A DNA stretch of 62,140 nt, filler included, from Nemertoderma westbladi (Eukaryota; Animalia; Xenacoelomorpha): assembly GCA_032718475.1 (NCBI GenBank). It is 3 parts of 3 records of this genome, joined end to end, with 100 filler letters (N's around TTAATTAATTAA, not from the genome) between each part and the next. Parts side by side here need not be neighbours in the genome. Positions count along the whole stretch, not along the records: positions 46,712 to 62,140 come from JAUCBJ010005804.1; 2 more parts are not named here. One strand, 5' to 3'. This document shows positions 48,423-60,777 of this stretch, in pieces; positions within the stretch are counted from its first letter, which is position 1, and each line of letters starts with the position of its first letter. Both the position numbers and the translations under genes were made by a program. The notes beneath the pieces are model-generated. The model did no database searches, was not told the origin of the DNA, and saw only the letters and a list, made by a program, of their open reading frames with translations.

Positions 48423-51400
48423 ATGGCCCCAATTTTCCCTCCCGACGGGCCCGATATAAGAGGGTCGATACGGGGTTTATTTCCAGCTAATTGGAGGGAA
48501 GTGAAACACTTTCTCACTCCGGTACTGCTCCGTAGCAAACAGGAGCAAGAGCGGCACGTAATGCAGAGCGTAAGCCGCAGGTTTCATCGAACTCAGGACT
48601 TCGAGACCTGGATGTGGTTCGGTAGGAATCCTTACCTCGCCCACAATATGCGCGAGTTTGTCCACATACCGTTAACTCGCGTGGAGACGGCAGATAACAT
48701 AGGGGAGGCCTTGGCAACCGGGGTCTGGTACGGGGTTAAGTTTGGCTCGGTGCCGGCTGGCGTTATGTGTTGCTATCGGTACGGAGACTGGTCCATGCTC
48801 GGCATGCCAGTCCGAGAGGTGGTGTTCAGTACGCTAAAGGCATGGGGTTTGGCTACTGCTTGTATTACTCTGTCCTCCGGTATATTATACGAGGTGGGTT
48901 TGTTAATTTATATTCTGATTGTTGACATAACGTTCTGACATTTTACCACACAGACAGTGCGAATGCATTACTGTGTGTATCAATCAATATTACAACAGTA
49001 TTACTTTTATACATAGCACGGCACTTTTATACACAGCACTTAATTGCCGGTATACTGTTATATGAACTGAACACTGTCGTTTTCATGGTAACCGATCACT
49101 AATGGTCACATAATCGCTCACTACTATTCGATTCATTACAGACGTACAAAAGATGGAAGACTGACAGAAGTCGGGTTCACTACCCGTACGTGTTGTCGGT
49201 GTTTGCCGGTTCGTTCACCTTCATTGCCGCGGCCAGTCGCGGCAACCTTCGACTCGCTTTCGGACTCTCGTCTATCATCTGTGTTCCTATTGGTGGTTAT
49301 TATTCCTTTGTGCGGAGGGGTCTGGAGTACAAACCATGGGAAGATATCACCTGGTGGTGGCCGAATGAAATGGTACAAGGTGAGATATAAATGGTACAAG
49401 GTGAGATATAAATGGTACAAGGTGAGATATAAATGATACAAGGTGAGATATAAATGGTACAAGGTGAGATATAAATGGTACAAGGTGAGATATAAATGGT
49501 ACAAGGTGAGATATAAATGGTACAAGGTGATAAATAAATGGTACAAGGTGAGATATAAATGGTGAAATTAGTAGAATTTATTTTGGCCCTTCCGACTAAT
49601 GCCAATGGAATTTATTAATTTAAATCGGTTGGTGGCTTTCAGTTCTCCTGCATTAAAGCCCAAACCTGTTATTCATATGAGAGCTAGGCCAGGTAGGTAG
49701 ATTATGAGTAGGTACGTGACCTTAAACTGGTTTGGTAAACTTCATTACCGGTACTTTAAAAACACCTTTAAAATATTTGAGAAGCCCTTTGATTTTCGGA
49801 AAAAATAATGTGTCATAATAATTTCTTTAACCCTATCATTTTGAAAAGGGGGTCATTTTAGAAATTTTTTAGATCTTGGCTCAACAATTACAAATTTGAT
49901 GGTTTAAGAGTTTTCGAGGTCGCTGATCACGATAAAACTTGTTTATAATATTTTCTGGCAATGTAACCATTTTTGATGCTATTTTGTTCCCCCCAGGACG
50001 AAAAGTACATGTAAAAAATGTCAAACTAAAAAATTTGTGTTTGGCTTGGTAAGTCTGAACGTATACGGGTTTTCGAGGTCGCTGATAACGTTGAAACTAT
50101 TAATAAATATTTCTGGTAATTGCAAACCCAATTTTGGTGCCATTCTGGTGCCCCAGAACGAAAAGTACATGCAGCACAAAATTATAAACTGTTAAATTTT
50201 GCCTTTGGTTTGTAATTCTGAAACTATACTGGTTTTCAAGGTCGCTGATCACGATGCAACTCGCTAAAAATCATTCGTGGAACGCAACTATCGTTTTTTG
50301 TGCTTGTCTGGTGGGACGAAAAATACAAGTAGCAACAAATTTCAAATGGCAAAAATGTAACTTAGTTGTATAATACGATACTTTTGAGTGTTATATTCGT
50401 GATCAGCGTCCCAGATAACCCATAATGTCTAAAAATCAGGTTGATTTGGTTTTAATTTTTGATTATCAAATTTGTATTGTAAAACTACTTGAATTCAATT
50501 GAATTATATAAGTCCAAGTCTGAAGTCATTGTTTATTATTTCAACATCCGAGACAACAGATGGGTATAGACGACGTCATTTAGCAACCAAAGTCAGTCCC
50601 GTCGTATTGAAGTCACGTTCTGACTGTGCTGATGTAGCCTGGATAAGAAAAATCTGATTTGCTATTGATGCCAGAGTTGGAAACCGCGCCTCTGCTATCT
50701 TCCAGTAATCTAGCTGATTATCAGTTGCTCGAGTAATCTTCTCGCTCGGGAATGTTTCAAACTCTGAGGAGAATACTTTGATACTTGCAGAGGCCGGACA
50801 CATGCCGTTCGTAGACGTCTCCCGAAAATCATCAAAGATGTCACCTGTCAGAAAATCCTTCTTTGGAGCTGGCCCCTCCTGCAGCTGTTGGCCGTGATCA
50901 TCTACAGTTTCTTCATGGACTTTATCAGGAACGTAGACCTGCATCCACTTCTTGATATCCACCATGGTCCTCTCTTTGAATCCCCGTTCAGCAGCGGTAG
51001 CAGTTGAGTTAGCATAAATTCAAACCCTTTGAATGTGGGGTCAAGGGCTCTGTTGCGACCCAGTGAAATGCTTTGATGGATGTGAAAAAGTTGCATCCAG
51101 AAATAAATTGAGATGGACCTTCAAATTGGCGATAGCTTCGCAGCCATTGGCACATTGTATTATACTTTGTAGTATACGGGTACAACATATTGCAATGTAG
51201 GTTTAGAGTTGAACTGGAGTTTTTAGGAGGGAAATTGAGCTGGTAAACTGCAGGATTTCCTTGTTGAGGTTCTTATCTACTGCTGCTATGAGGAACTAAC
51301 GTTCCCAGCAAACGTTCAAATTGGTGACACAACTTTTTTCAGAATAACAAGACTTCCTTTAACTCTCTGTGCAGTCTTAGCTAATAAACAAAATAACATT

Positions 51401-51895
51401 TAATAATCGGAAGAAAACTTCACGAAAAAATCTATTTAGCTGCGCGATAGCAAACAGCACAGAACTAGACAGGCATTAATAGTATTTAGCAGATACGAGT
51501 GATGTGGAGTGGAGATTATTAAAATGCAATTATTTATCTGCTGAGTTCCTGAGTTCGCATCAGTTGTGTGGCCCTGGCGGTGTAGAAGAGGGTGATTTGA
51601 AAATCCTTGATTGATATGGAAAAATACAGTATACAGTATTTTAATTGACAAGCATATGTTCTAAAAAGTACAAAATACGTATAATATGTTGGTTGTTCTT
51701 TTTCTAACTAGTTCGTTTCCTTATTCAGGGCCCCCCGAGAAACGTGAGAAATTCAACTACAACGTGATACACCGTGACCTCTCCAACTCATCGGCCCCGG
51801 CCCGACCGCACTGGGGAATTTACGATAAAATAGATCAATGTGAAAGAAATCGAAAGGCGAAATGGAGAGATTGGGTCATTGAGACGGAAAACTAA
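48423..51895 (+). CDS. 3-exon gene, 291-aa multi-pass membrane protein, possibly Tim17/Tim22/Tim23 family (NDUFA11-like)
   Basis: Exons 48423-48893, 49142-49379 and 51729-51895 joined by GT-AG introns (phase 0 and 1) give one continuous frame ending ...WVIETEN*. Four Gly/Ala-rich hydrophobic segments with GxxxG. Family assignment is tentative. Confidence 0.7.
49368..49563. repeat. 21-bp tandem repeat (9 copies) spanning the exon 2 splice donor
   Basis: (AAATGGTACAAGGTGAGATAT)9. Confidence 0.95.
49850..50430. repeat. Unclassified intronic repeat with about 160-bp internal units
   Basis: GTTTTCGAGGTCGCTGATCACG-like blocks at about 49910, 50070 and 50233, with an inverted copy near 50397. Confidence 0.5.
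50540..51350 (-). pseudogene. hAT transposase remnant (C-terminal dimerization domain) in intron 2
   Basis: LDYWK....FPTLASIANQIFLIQATSAQSERDF motif; upstream ALDPTFK in another frame; frameshifts and stops. Confidence 0.85.
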
Positions 51896-52869
51896 CTTTA
51901 TCAAATACTGAACTACTTTATAAATACAGACGTTTTATATTATAGATATTGACCGTATCACTTTGATTTGTGGTTTTAGATTAGCAAGTGTATAATAAGT
52001 TAGTCTAAATTGATATCATTAAAGTAATAAATATAGTTACTAACTTGTTTTTTACGACTCCATTTAATAGAGTTGTAGGAGCCGCGGTGTACCAAATAAC
52101 TAAGACTCACAGTTATTTAATAAACCTTCAGTGTAAGTGTAGGAAAGCACTGGTCCTTAGGGGTAAATAATGTTAATATAAGTATCGGACGCTTTATTAG
52201 TTTATTTATATTTTCGTGTCGGCGTGGATACACCGTAAAATAAAGTAAAAAGTCAATGCAAATTGCTGCAAGCCTAAACTTTTTTTAGTTATATTTAAGT
52301 TTTTTGTTAAATTCCTCTCTATTAGGGCGGTCTGGCAGTCCTGTCTAGGTTTTGGTAGTATGGGTTACAGTGGTGTAGACTGTAGATACCTATGTGTTTA
52401 CCAATTTTCGACGCGTATCTACATCTGTCGTGTCGGTGTGTCGGGAAGTTGCTATGAAAGCGGCCATATAGATTACTAGTCACAACGCCCTTACCATGTC
52501 GTCATACAGGGATACATTCGGCAACCAAGCAACACCATCACACACCATTACAGGCAGCTAAAGCTATGTTCTTACAAAAATCCACGCGATTGGCGATTTC
52601 ATAATGGAAAAAGTCACTGCAAAAATTGTGAGTGTAAGGAGTAAGATCGATTTTTCCTATCCCCATCTATGGGGTGTCGACACAACTAGGTCCGATAATG
52701 AACGTATCATCAAAGTTTCATCCAATTCCATCAACATGAAGTGCAAGAAGTTGTGCGTATACAAACAAACACAATTCAATTCAATTAATTATTTTTTTAT
52801 TTCCATTAAATTGAACAATAATTAAAATTTTCAATTTAAATTACCAATAAAAATGTCCATCTCTAGGCG

Positions 52870-53400
52870 CTACAACAGAAACTGATGCGACCGCGGTTCG
52901 TGGGTGGCGTTATGAACGACGTTTCTGGGCCGTGGCGGCCAATGTCTTCAAAGGCCACGGGATTAAAGAAGTGGCCCCGGTCCATTAGGTCGCGATACTT
53001 CGTTTATTTAACGCGCTCTACCCCCCCCCCCGCGGATCTACCACTGTGGCGTCTCATGATAGGGTTCTGCTCTGGGACCATGAGGTCCCGGTCACGCCGT
53101 CCCCTCTCCTTCCTTCCCGTGGCTGGTGTGCGGGCCGGCGGTCAACTGTCATCAGAGCCCATCAGCACCCACTGGAGTGCCATTAGCAGTTCATTATATC
53201 TTACGCCCCGGTGGCTATATTCAATAGAAGTTAAATAAATATGGTTGTGCACATTATGAGTTGAACAATTTGTGGGTCATCAAGCCGAAGAGTGGCTTTG
53301 TTTGCATCGTGGACAGCCGGCGACAGCGGACATGCAGGCAGCCGGAGAAGCCAAGACGGGTGTGAGCTGCACTGCTGAGTTCTCGGTTATCAATGTTTAC
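52870..53400 (-). pseudogene. Degenerate CRE-clade (RLE endonuclease) non-LTR retrotransposon 3' fragment
   Basis: Minus-strand fragments IDNRELSSAAHTRLG..C.H..C, DGVTGTSWSQSRTLS*DATVVD and KYRDLMDRGHFFNPVAFEDIGRHG match the order of the CRE zinc-knuckle/RLE C-terminus. Confidence 0.7.
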
Positions 53401-55179
53401 GGAGTTATTTTCAAAACCCAAATAAACGTTATTATTATCATGGTAGTTATATTTTGTTATTCTGTGTGAGATTAAATAAACAGTTTGACACGATTGGGTA
53501 ACAAGCACATATTATAAGCTTTATAATCCATCCTTAATACTAGGTTGCGCATATTATAAGCTTTATAATCCATCCTTAATACTAGGTTGTAGATATTATC
53601 TCATAGACTAAACCCTTAAATTAATAATTAGATGAATGTTGCATTAACCTGAGAACGAACATAATATGTGTTAATTATTCTTCCACTCTACGCAAAAAAA
53701 ATACAACGCTTAGTATTACTCCTCGAAAGCCAAAAACACATGTAGAATAGATCTTTAGCTTACCGGTACTTACTTACTATGTAATGTTGAATTTGGTTAA
53801 AAATATTTGCTTGCTCATGAATAATAGGCCCTTCTAGAAATAAATAGTTTAAGGGCCCATTGTTGTTTGCAGTAAGTGATAGTAATTGGTTTATTTTCGT
53901 GAGTTCGGCAGGTGTATTTAGTATTTTAAAGCAACCTTTTACGTTGAGTAAACCATTGCGTATTTATTACCTTAGAAATCTTACAGAATGTGCATGCGAA
54001 GGGTGTTAACAACGTAGATATCTCATGAATAACAAACCCAAACCGCCTTTTAAGAACAGAAAAAATAGATAAACAGGCACTTCCAACATCAATTGAAAAA
54101 ACCGAAACCTGCGTTTATGCATCGTTGTATTTTTATGAAACTTCTTGTAAACATTTTCCACACGTCTATATAAAGGCGGCAGCAACTGATAATTTTTACT
54201 ATAAGTTGGTTTTAAATATTACAACGAAATCTCCACTTTCTGGGCACCCAAAGTACAGTAGTACTGGATAATTTTTTACTACTGTAGAGATCTTTGCGCA
54301 GGACAATGGTAACATGTTTATCACATGGGTTGGGTACCACCATTTCAACCTTTGCTCTCTAGCGTGAGACGGGAGAACTGCTGAGGAGAGTCCCCCAAGC
54401 AAATTATATGAAATGGACGGCGGTTTTATCCCCGTCCATTTGAATTGTCAGCACCACGGTACAGGTATAGCCATAGAGGCCTACTATACAGCGCAGTTTT
54501 ATCATCGCATGGCTTTCTGGTGATAACTATAATAACGCCTTCGAAAATGTTGTGGATGTTGTGTCCAAATTTTACCTTTTTTTTTTGTTAATAAATACCG
54601 AAAAATTTGCAATTTTTGGCAGGGTTGTTGCCGGGGGTGGGTTGGGGGGGGGGGGGGTGTATAACATGCAACGATTGAAAGAAATGTTGATTTGAGACCC
54701 CCCCCCCCCCCCCCCCCCCCCCCACCCGCCCCCCACCACCCAATCCCTTTCTTATTTACTTTTTAATAACTCAGTTAATCCTTGATGAATTTAAAACAAC
54801 TCAACTAAACGGTTGAGTTAGTAACACGATAAGCTTACTTCGTCCTTCGTGTTATCTTGTTTTCTTGGTTAATTACCAGAAGGAACCAGATTCATCAATT
54901 CTAATAGTAACCTGCCATACGCATTCACATTATAATTAAGGGTGTGAGTGTGTATATTTTCCAATTAATATTCCATAGAGGTAGGCATAGCTGATACGAG
55001 ATGTCAATCCCCATAACATACTGTATATCAACTGCAGTGCAGTATGATTAGGAACCAATTTAACAAGGAAACAAAGTTATATGGTAAAATACATAGTTGC
55101 AACAAGATTGTGAAACATTACACTGGTGAATTTTTAATAGGCCATCTCGGAAAATCGATCTAAAATCGGCCTACTGCGT

Positions 55180-56410
55180 TGCAGCTTGCATTTAAGAATA
55201 CTATGTCAGCTTATCGACAAAATTCCGCCACCACCACCACAACTACAGTAACTCCCAGTCATCCAAGACCTTCACGAGTCCAGTCCATTGTCCTTCAAGA
55301 GGCGTCTAAGGAAATCTGGGGCTATCATCCACGCTTATTCCTCCATGAGGCCGCCAAAACAGAAGATTATGCACTGACTGGCATTATGAACGCAATGCCC
55401 TGCAAAGAGGAGGCGGCTCCGCTCAAGTGTCAAGCTAGGGGAGACTAATGAAACACCGCCAATGTTGTATATAGCCTGATTGGAGATGTGTTCATTGTAC
55501 TTGACACAATGAACCCTGCACAGCATTCTTGTGAAAGTGCCGTGCAGAGATTTGGTATCCTTTGCAGTTAGGGCCCAGCTTGGACTCCCATATAGGAGTA
55601 CTGGTTCTACTGCTGCCCTAATAATCGAACCTCGAGGTTCTGCTTTAATCTATGAGACTTCCAAAACCAGACAGACCATTCAATGCTGCCAATGCCTTCC
55701 CCTTTACGTATGCGAAGATCTTATCTGACTTCCGGATCCATGATCGGATCACAAGATTGCTGCGCCGGGATCATTGTGTCAATTACAGTACAATGAACAC
55801 ATCTCCAATCAGACTCTTTACAACATAGGAGGTGTTCCATTAGTCTCCACTAGCTTGACACTTAAACTTTAACCGCAACGCTTTGCAGGAAATTGCTTTC
55901 GCCGTTACGACCAGCCAGAGCTCGCCAGTTGTGAGGACCAGCCAGCCAGCGAATAAGCATGGTGGATAGACCATGACCTTCTTGAGACGCATCTTAAAGC
56001 ACACTGGCCTTGAAGATGCGGATGATCTAGCAAATGTCATAGGTGATAGAGAGTTGTGGCGGCGCAATTTTGTCGACAAGCCGACACAGCATTCTTAATA
56101 TATATATAATGCAGCTGCAATGCAGCATGCTGCTCGTAGTAGTAGTAGTAGGACCCATGATCCCAAGAAGCAGAATTGTTCAAGCAAGCCATCCCTGAAG
56201 CTTATGCCCATACGTTCAGACATTTCTCGTTTGATGTCAAAGTTCACTATTAAAATGTTGGTCTTGATAATTTACTCAGGAATCCCATAAGCTGCAAAGT
56301 ATCGAACAGAATAATAGTGGTAGGGACACTGAATAGAAGGCCTTAAATAAGTCAAGAAAGAGAACAGACATGCGTCTGTCTTTCATTGTTGATAACTCTT
56401 TAATTATCCT
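55180..56410 (-). mobile_element. Old diverged RTE copy, interrupted by a plus-strand RTE copy
   Basis: Homologous to the element at 15614-17450; the alignment resumes at 56151 after the insertion. Confidence 0.75.
55746..56150 (+). mobile_element. 5'-truncated RTE 3' end nested in an older RTE
   Basis: Ends with a (TAG)n tail; flanked by GGATCCATGATC / GGACCCATGATC direct repeats. Confidence 0.8.
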
Positions 56411-56437
56411 TCTACAACAGTCTCCATCGAGGACTCC

Positions 56438-56775
56438 ATGGACTCCCATAGAGGAGTACTGGAACTACTGCTGCTCTAAATAATCGGACCTTAAGTTTCC
56501 GATTAATTCTCGGTGACTTCCAAATCCTGGAAAGCCTATTCAAGGCTGCCCATGCCTTTCCCTTACGTATTCGAAGCTCCGCACCTGACTTCCGGATCCA
56601 TGATCCCAGGTAACAGAAGTCGTCCACATGTTCAAGCATACCATCCTTTGAGCTTATGCTCATCCGATCAGAGACTTGCTGAGGACTTTCAGAGTTAACT
56701 GTCAAAATTTTGGTCTTTCTGGGGTTAATAAAAAGACCAACACTAGAAGCAGCCTGATTCTTATGTGCTCGGGAG
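56438..56775 (-). mobile_element. RTE fragment (RT thumb region)
   Basis: FCYLGS...KVRLFRAAVVPVLLYG; nearly identical to 16060-16395. Confidence 0.85.
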
Positions 56776-57347
56776 CTTCTTTCTATAGCTACTGTTTATA
56801 ACATACTTATTGGGAATTTGATCCAAAGGCAAATTCACAGCCAGCTAGCTGGGTTTCTAGCATATAAATATAGTAGTAATCAATTCAGAGGACTTGGTTT
56901 TCACCCAGGAAGAACTCCAAACCCCAGTAGTAAATCGATTTAAACTATAGAGACTACAAAGTAGGTTTGGTGTATTTTTAGGGTGAAATTTGGCAAAATT
57001 TGTAAAATTTTAAAGGCCATGAGGCTGGGGTAGATTTATATGAAATTTACAATTTCACATTTTGTGTTTGTTTCCAACCTATTTGACATTATATATTTCC
57101 ATCTTCCTTAACTTTTACCAAAACTGCAAAATATCTGGGATTTTCAAAACTGGCATTGCCTTCCCAAAAATTTGAAATTTTCCAGTGCCGTGAGGCCCGC
57201 TTAGAATTTTTCGGAATCAAATTTTTTTTTATGAAAAGTTAGTTTAGATCGATTTGGCATCAGAAAAATAGTGCTTCCCTTAAAAATAAAGAAAACACTT
57301 TTTTTCACTCCACCCTACTGAATAGGCTTTGCAGAATAACAAGAACA

Positions 57348-57751
57348 AGAATGCTACGCCCGGTTCATTGTGTCAAGTACAATGCACACATCTCCAACCA
57401 GACACTATATAACATTGGAGGTGTCTCATTGGTTCCCCCAAGCTTGACACTAGAACAAAATCGCCTCCGCTTTGCAGGACATTGCTTTCGCCGTGAGGAC
57501 CAGCCAGTGCATGATCTTGTACTTTGGCAGCCTCATGCATGCAGCCTCATGCATGCAGCCTCATGCATGCAACATGGTGGACAGCCCATGTCTTTCTTCA
57601 GACGCATCTTAAAGGACACTCGCCTTGAAGATGCGGATGATCTAGCAAATGTCATGGGTGATAGGGAGTTGTGGCGGCGCAATTTTGTCGACAAGCCGGC
57701 ACAGCATTCTTAAAAATGCAGCTGCAATGCAGCATGCCGATCCTAGTAGTA
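57348..57751 (+). mobile_element. RTE 3' end fragment
   Basis: RLRFAGHCFR motif; reverse complement of 15614-16010; TAGTAGT tail. Confidence 0.88.
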
Positions 57752-59881
57752 AGGTAGGCCTTCCAACCAATGAGACGGTCGGCTGTACATTCAGCCTTTA
57801 CCTTTTGACTGGTCTTACCTCCCAGACAGCTAAGTTAAATGATTTCCAAGCCTGGTCTGATTGCCTGCTATGGTATCGGCATCGGAAAATAACCATAGAG
57901 TGAAGGAAGAAGATCCGATACAACTGAGTAAGGCGCTTTACAGTAGTCTGGGATGCAGAATCACATACTTGCGCCAATCCTTGATAATGTGGTAACGGGT
58001 CCAAATATAATACATTAAAGCTTAGGCGGAAAGGGGCGAAATGAGTACTCAACATTCATTCAATTATTATGTCCAATGCTCACAAGAGCATGATGGTTTT
58101 AGAATAAAAAAGAATAGCTATATATGTAAATAATGCAATCGTTTGAGAATTTAAGTCTTGTCGTTTTGTCAATGGCTTGAATAGTGGATGATTGATTGAT
58201 TTGATGTCAAACTGTCATCACATTTTAAGACTTTATCAATTACTTATGTTGTTAAATTAACAATTCCATATCATAAAGTTCCATATCACGAATCATCTGC
58301 GATGATTTGCATGATTAATGTGGATCGCGATAGTTTCAGTTTTAATCAGTTATTGTTGACAATTCACAGGTACTGTAGAACTAGAGCCAGAAATGCCGTC
58401 ATAAATTTAATTAAAATACAAAATATAGGCCTAGCTAATATGGCCTGAATCGATTGCGCGACAGTGTACTTAGTTAGCATAGATTTATGATGTCGATAAT
58501 ATAAAAGGTAGATTGGGGTAAAATGTACTTAACGGTAACCTATTAGTCTGATTGTTATCAATTAATTATGAGGAATCATTCATTCATTGTTACTTAATTC
58601 GGTCAGTGCCGAAAAATTAAAAATAAATCATGAGTAAAAATAAATGCATACATCGATAAAATGGAGAGTGTAGACAATAATGTATAGGCCTACGATAACA
58701 TTAAGAACAGTCAAACAGAAAAATCCAAGTGTATTATATCCAGTTAGACTTAACGAGCATATGACTAGCAGCAGGATGCCAAGATTCCAGGTAAGACCTC
58801 ATTAAGCCCACCTTACATTGAAAGGTCATTCCATTAATGGAGTGGGATCTAAAAAGGAAGATATAGTCTTCAGTTTCTTTCAAAGATGGATTCCCTTGGA
58901 CAGCCGTGTCGACAACTCTCTTTTGAGTATCGCCACAACGATGATGTGATCAATTGGTGTCTAATTCAGTATCTGCGGTTCCAGGTAGAAGGTTCGAATG
59001 GGACGTCGGTCCGAAACACCTTAGAGGAAGGTCCGAAACTACAGGACGATTGTTCCAATGGGATGAATGTCCGAAAATTTAAGACCAGGATACAGCGTGA
59101 GGCTAAGAGAAGATTTACTAAGTGTCCAAGTTAATTTATTTTGAAATAGATAATCGATAGATTGAAGAGGACATTGATTGACAAGATTGACTCCGACTCT
59201 GTAACTTTGTGATTGTGACAGAGGGGAGGGGGGGGGGGGGGGGGGGGGGGTCATACTTTATGAACGCCCCCTAAACACCTCATCAATATTATTATTTAAT
59301 TATTGCAACAACAGGAGCTCAGATTCTGCAGCAGGCCTATAGGCCTACTATAGGGGTAGGCCTAGTACAGTTCCAGTTTGTTCGTCCATCACCATTATCG
59401 TCTTGTATTAGCTACTGTATTCTGTTGAGGAGGTGGCCGAAGAGAATACTGGATTGACCTGCATGAACCTTCGAAACAGAACCATCCCTCCAATGAGGTT
59501 GTTATCGCAAGTGCATTGCTGTATGGGGACTGGGGAGATGCCATAGCCGATGGGTCGTTGTCTGTTCCCAAACAATAGGGACAAAAATTTGATACTGCGC
59601 TAATGTTATTACTGTATATGAAATATTTAGAAACAAAAGGATATTTAAAAGTAATTGTTTCTTTATTTTATGTACAGTAGATCAATGTTATATGTGACGC
59701 TAATAACCTTGTCCAATAAGAGAGTTTCATAAATCAGGTTACATGAGTTACAATTCGCATGACGGTGTCAGAAGGATTTCTTGATAATTCGGACCTTTTT
59801 CGTCCTGGTCATTCGGACCTTCGTCATGGGATGATAAAGGTGTAAAGGTTTTGTTCAGAAATGTGAAAAAATGAGAAAGCA

Positions 59882-60455
59882 CGTCCACATGCTCAAGCAT
59901 ACCATCCTTCAAGCTTATGCTCATCCGGTCAGAGACTTGCTGAGGACTTTCAAAGTTAACTGTCAAAATTTTGTCTTTCTAGAGTTCATAAAAAGACCAA
60001 CACTAGAAGCAACCTGTTCTAATGAGCTGAGGAGCTGTTGGGCTCCCTCTAGTAATTCTGAGAGTACTCCTAAGTCATCAGCAAAGTCTAGATCAGTTAG
60101 GTACTTGGCAGGATTTCCTCGACTTCTGGAGCCAGTAGGTGGAGTTATCATCACCCCATCATCATTATGATGATCTAAGGACATGCGTAGAACATAGTCA
60201 ACCACAATTATGAACAAGAATGGTGCAAGTGTGTCTCCCAGGAGGACGCCCCATAACACTTCAATTGGTTCTGTGTCACCGTCAACAGTAGACACAAATG
60301 TTGTCGAACCATCGTATACTGATCTGATTGCTGCAATAATTTCATCAGGAATCCCATATAATGAAAGTATGCTGAACATACGTGAGCGAGAGACTGAATC
60401 AAAGGCCTTGAAGAAGTCAACAAAGATAACAGCCAGATGCCTGTCTTTCTTTTCT
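59882..60455 (-). mobile_element. RTE reverse transcriptase fragment
   Basis: FVDFFKAFDSV, GDTLAPFLF and LDFADD; near-identical to 16243-16830. Confidence 0.9.
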
Positions 60456-60777
60456 TCATAAATGGGCACTTCATAGATAAATCTAAATTGGAATGTTAGT
60501 TTTGCAGACTATATTTATGTGTTAGTGATGGTTGGTTCTATATTTAAAGCTACCCTAGCGAGAGGCAGAAGTACTATAGAAGTCTGTGTGTGTAGAATTT
60601 TGTAAACTTTTGATAGATTACATGTGTACCACGTTTGGTTCCAATTCATCCATAATTGACCGACTTATTAGCGTTCAGACATTCTAGACACAAACCCAGC
60701 CAGCCAGCCAGCCACAAACAAATAATAACTGCAGGAACCCCAGTGATAATTTAATCCCATTTAAATAACAACTAAAT

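Noticed and set aside
49136-49605. Minus-strand ORFs with LYHLYLT / YISPCT repeats
   Set aside because: Antisense readings of the 21-bp repeat and of exon 2.
53506-53590. 42-bp tandem duplication (similar about 50-bp duplication near 32576-32673)
   Set aside because: Ordinary local slippage duplications with no functional clue.
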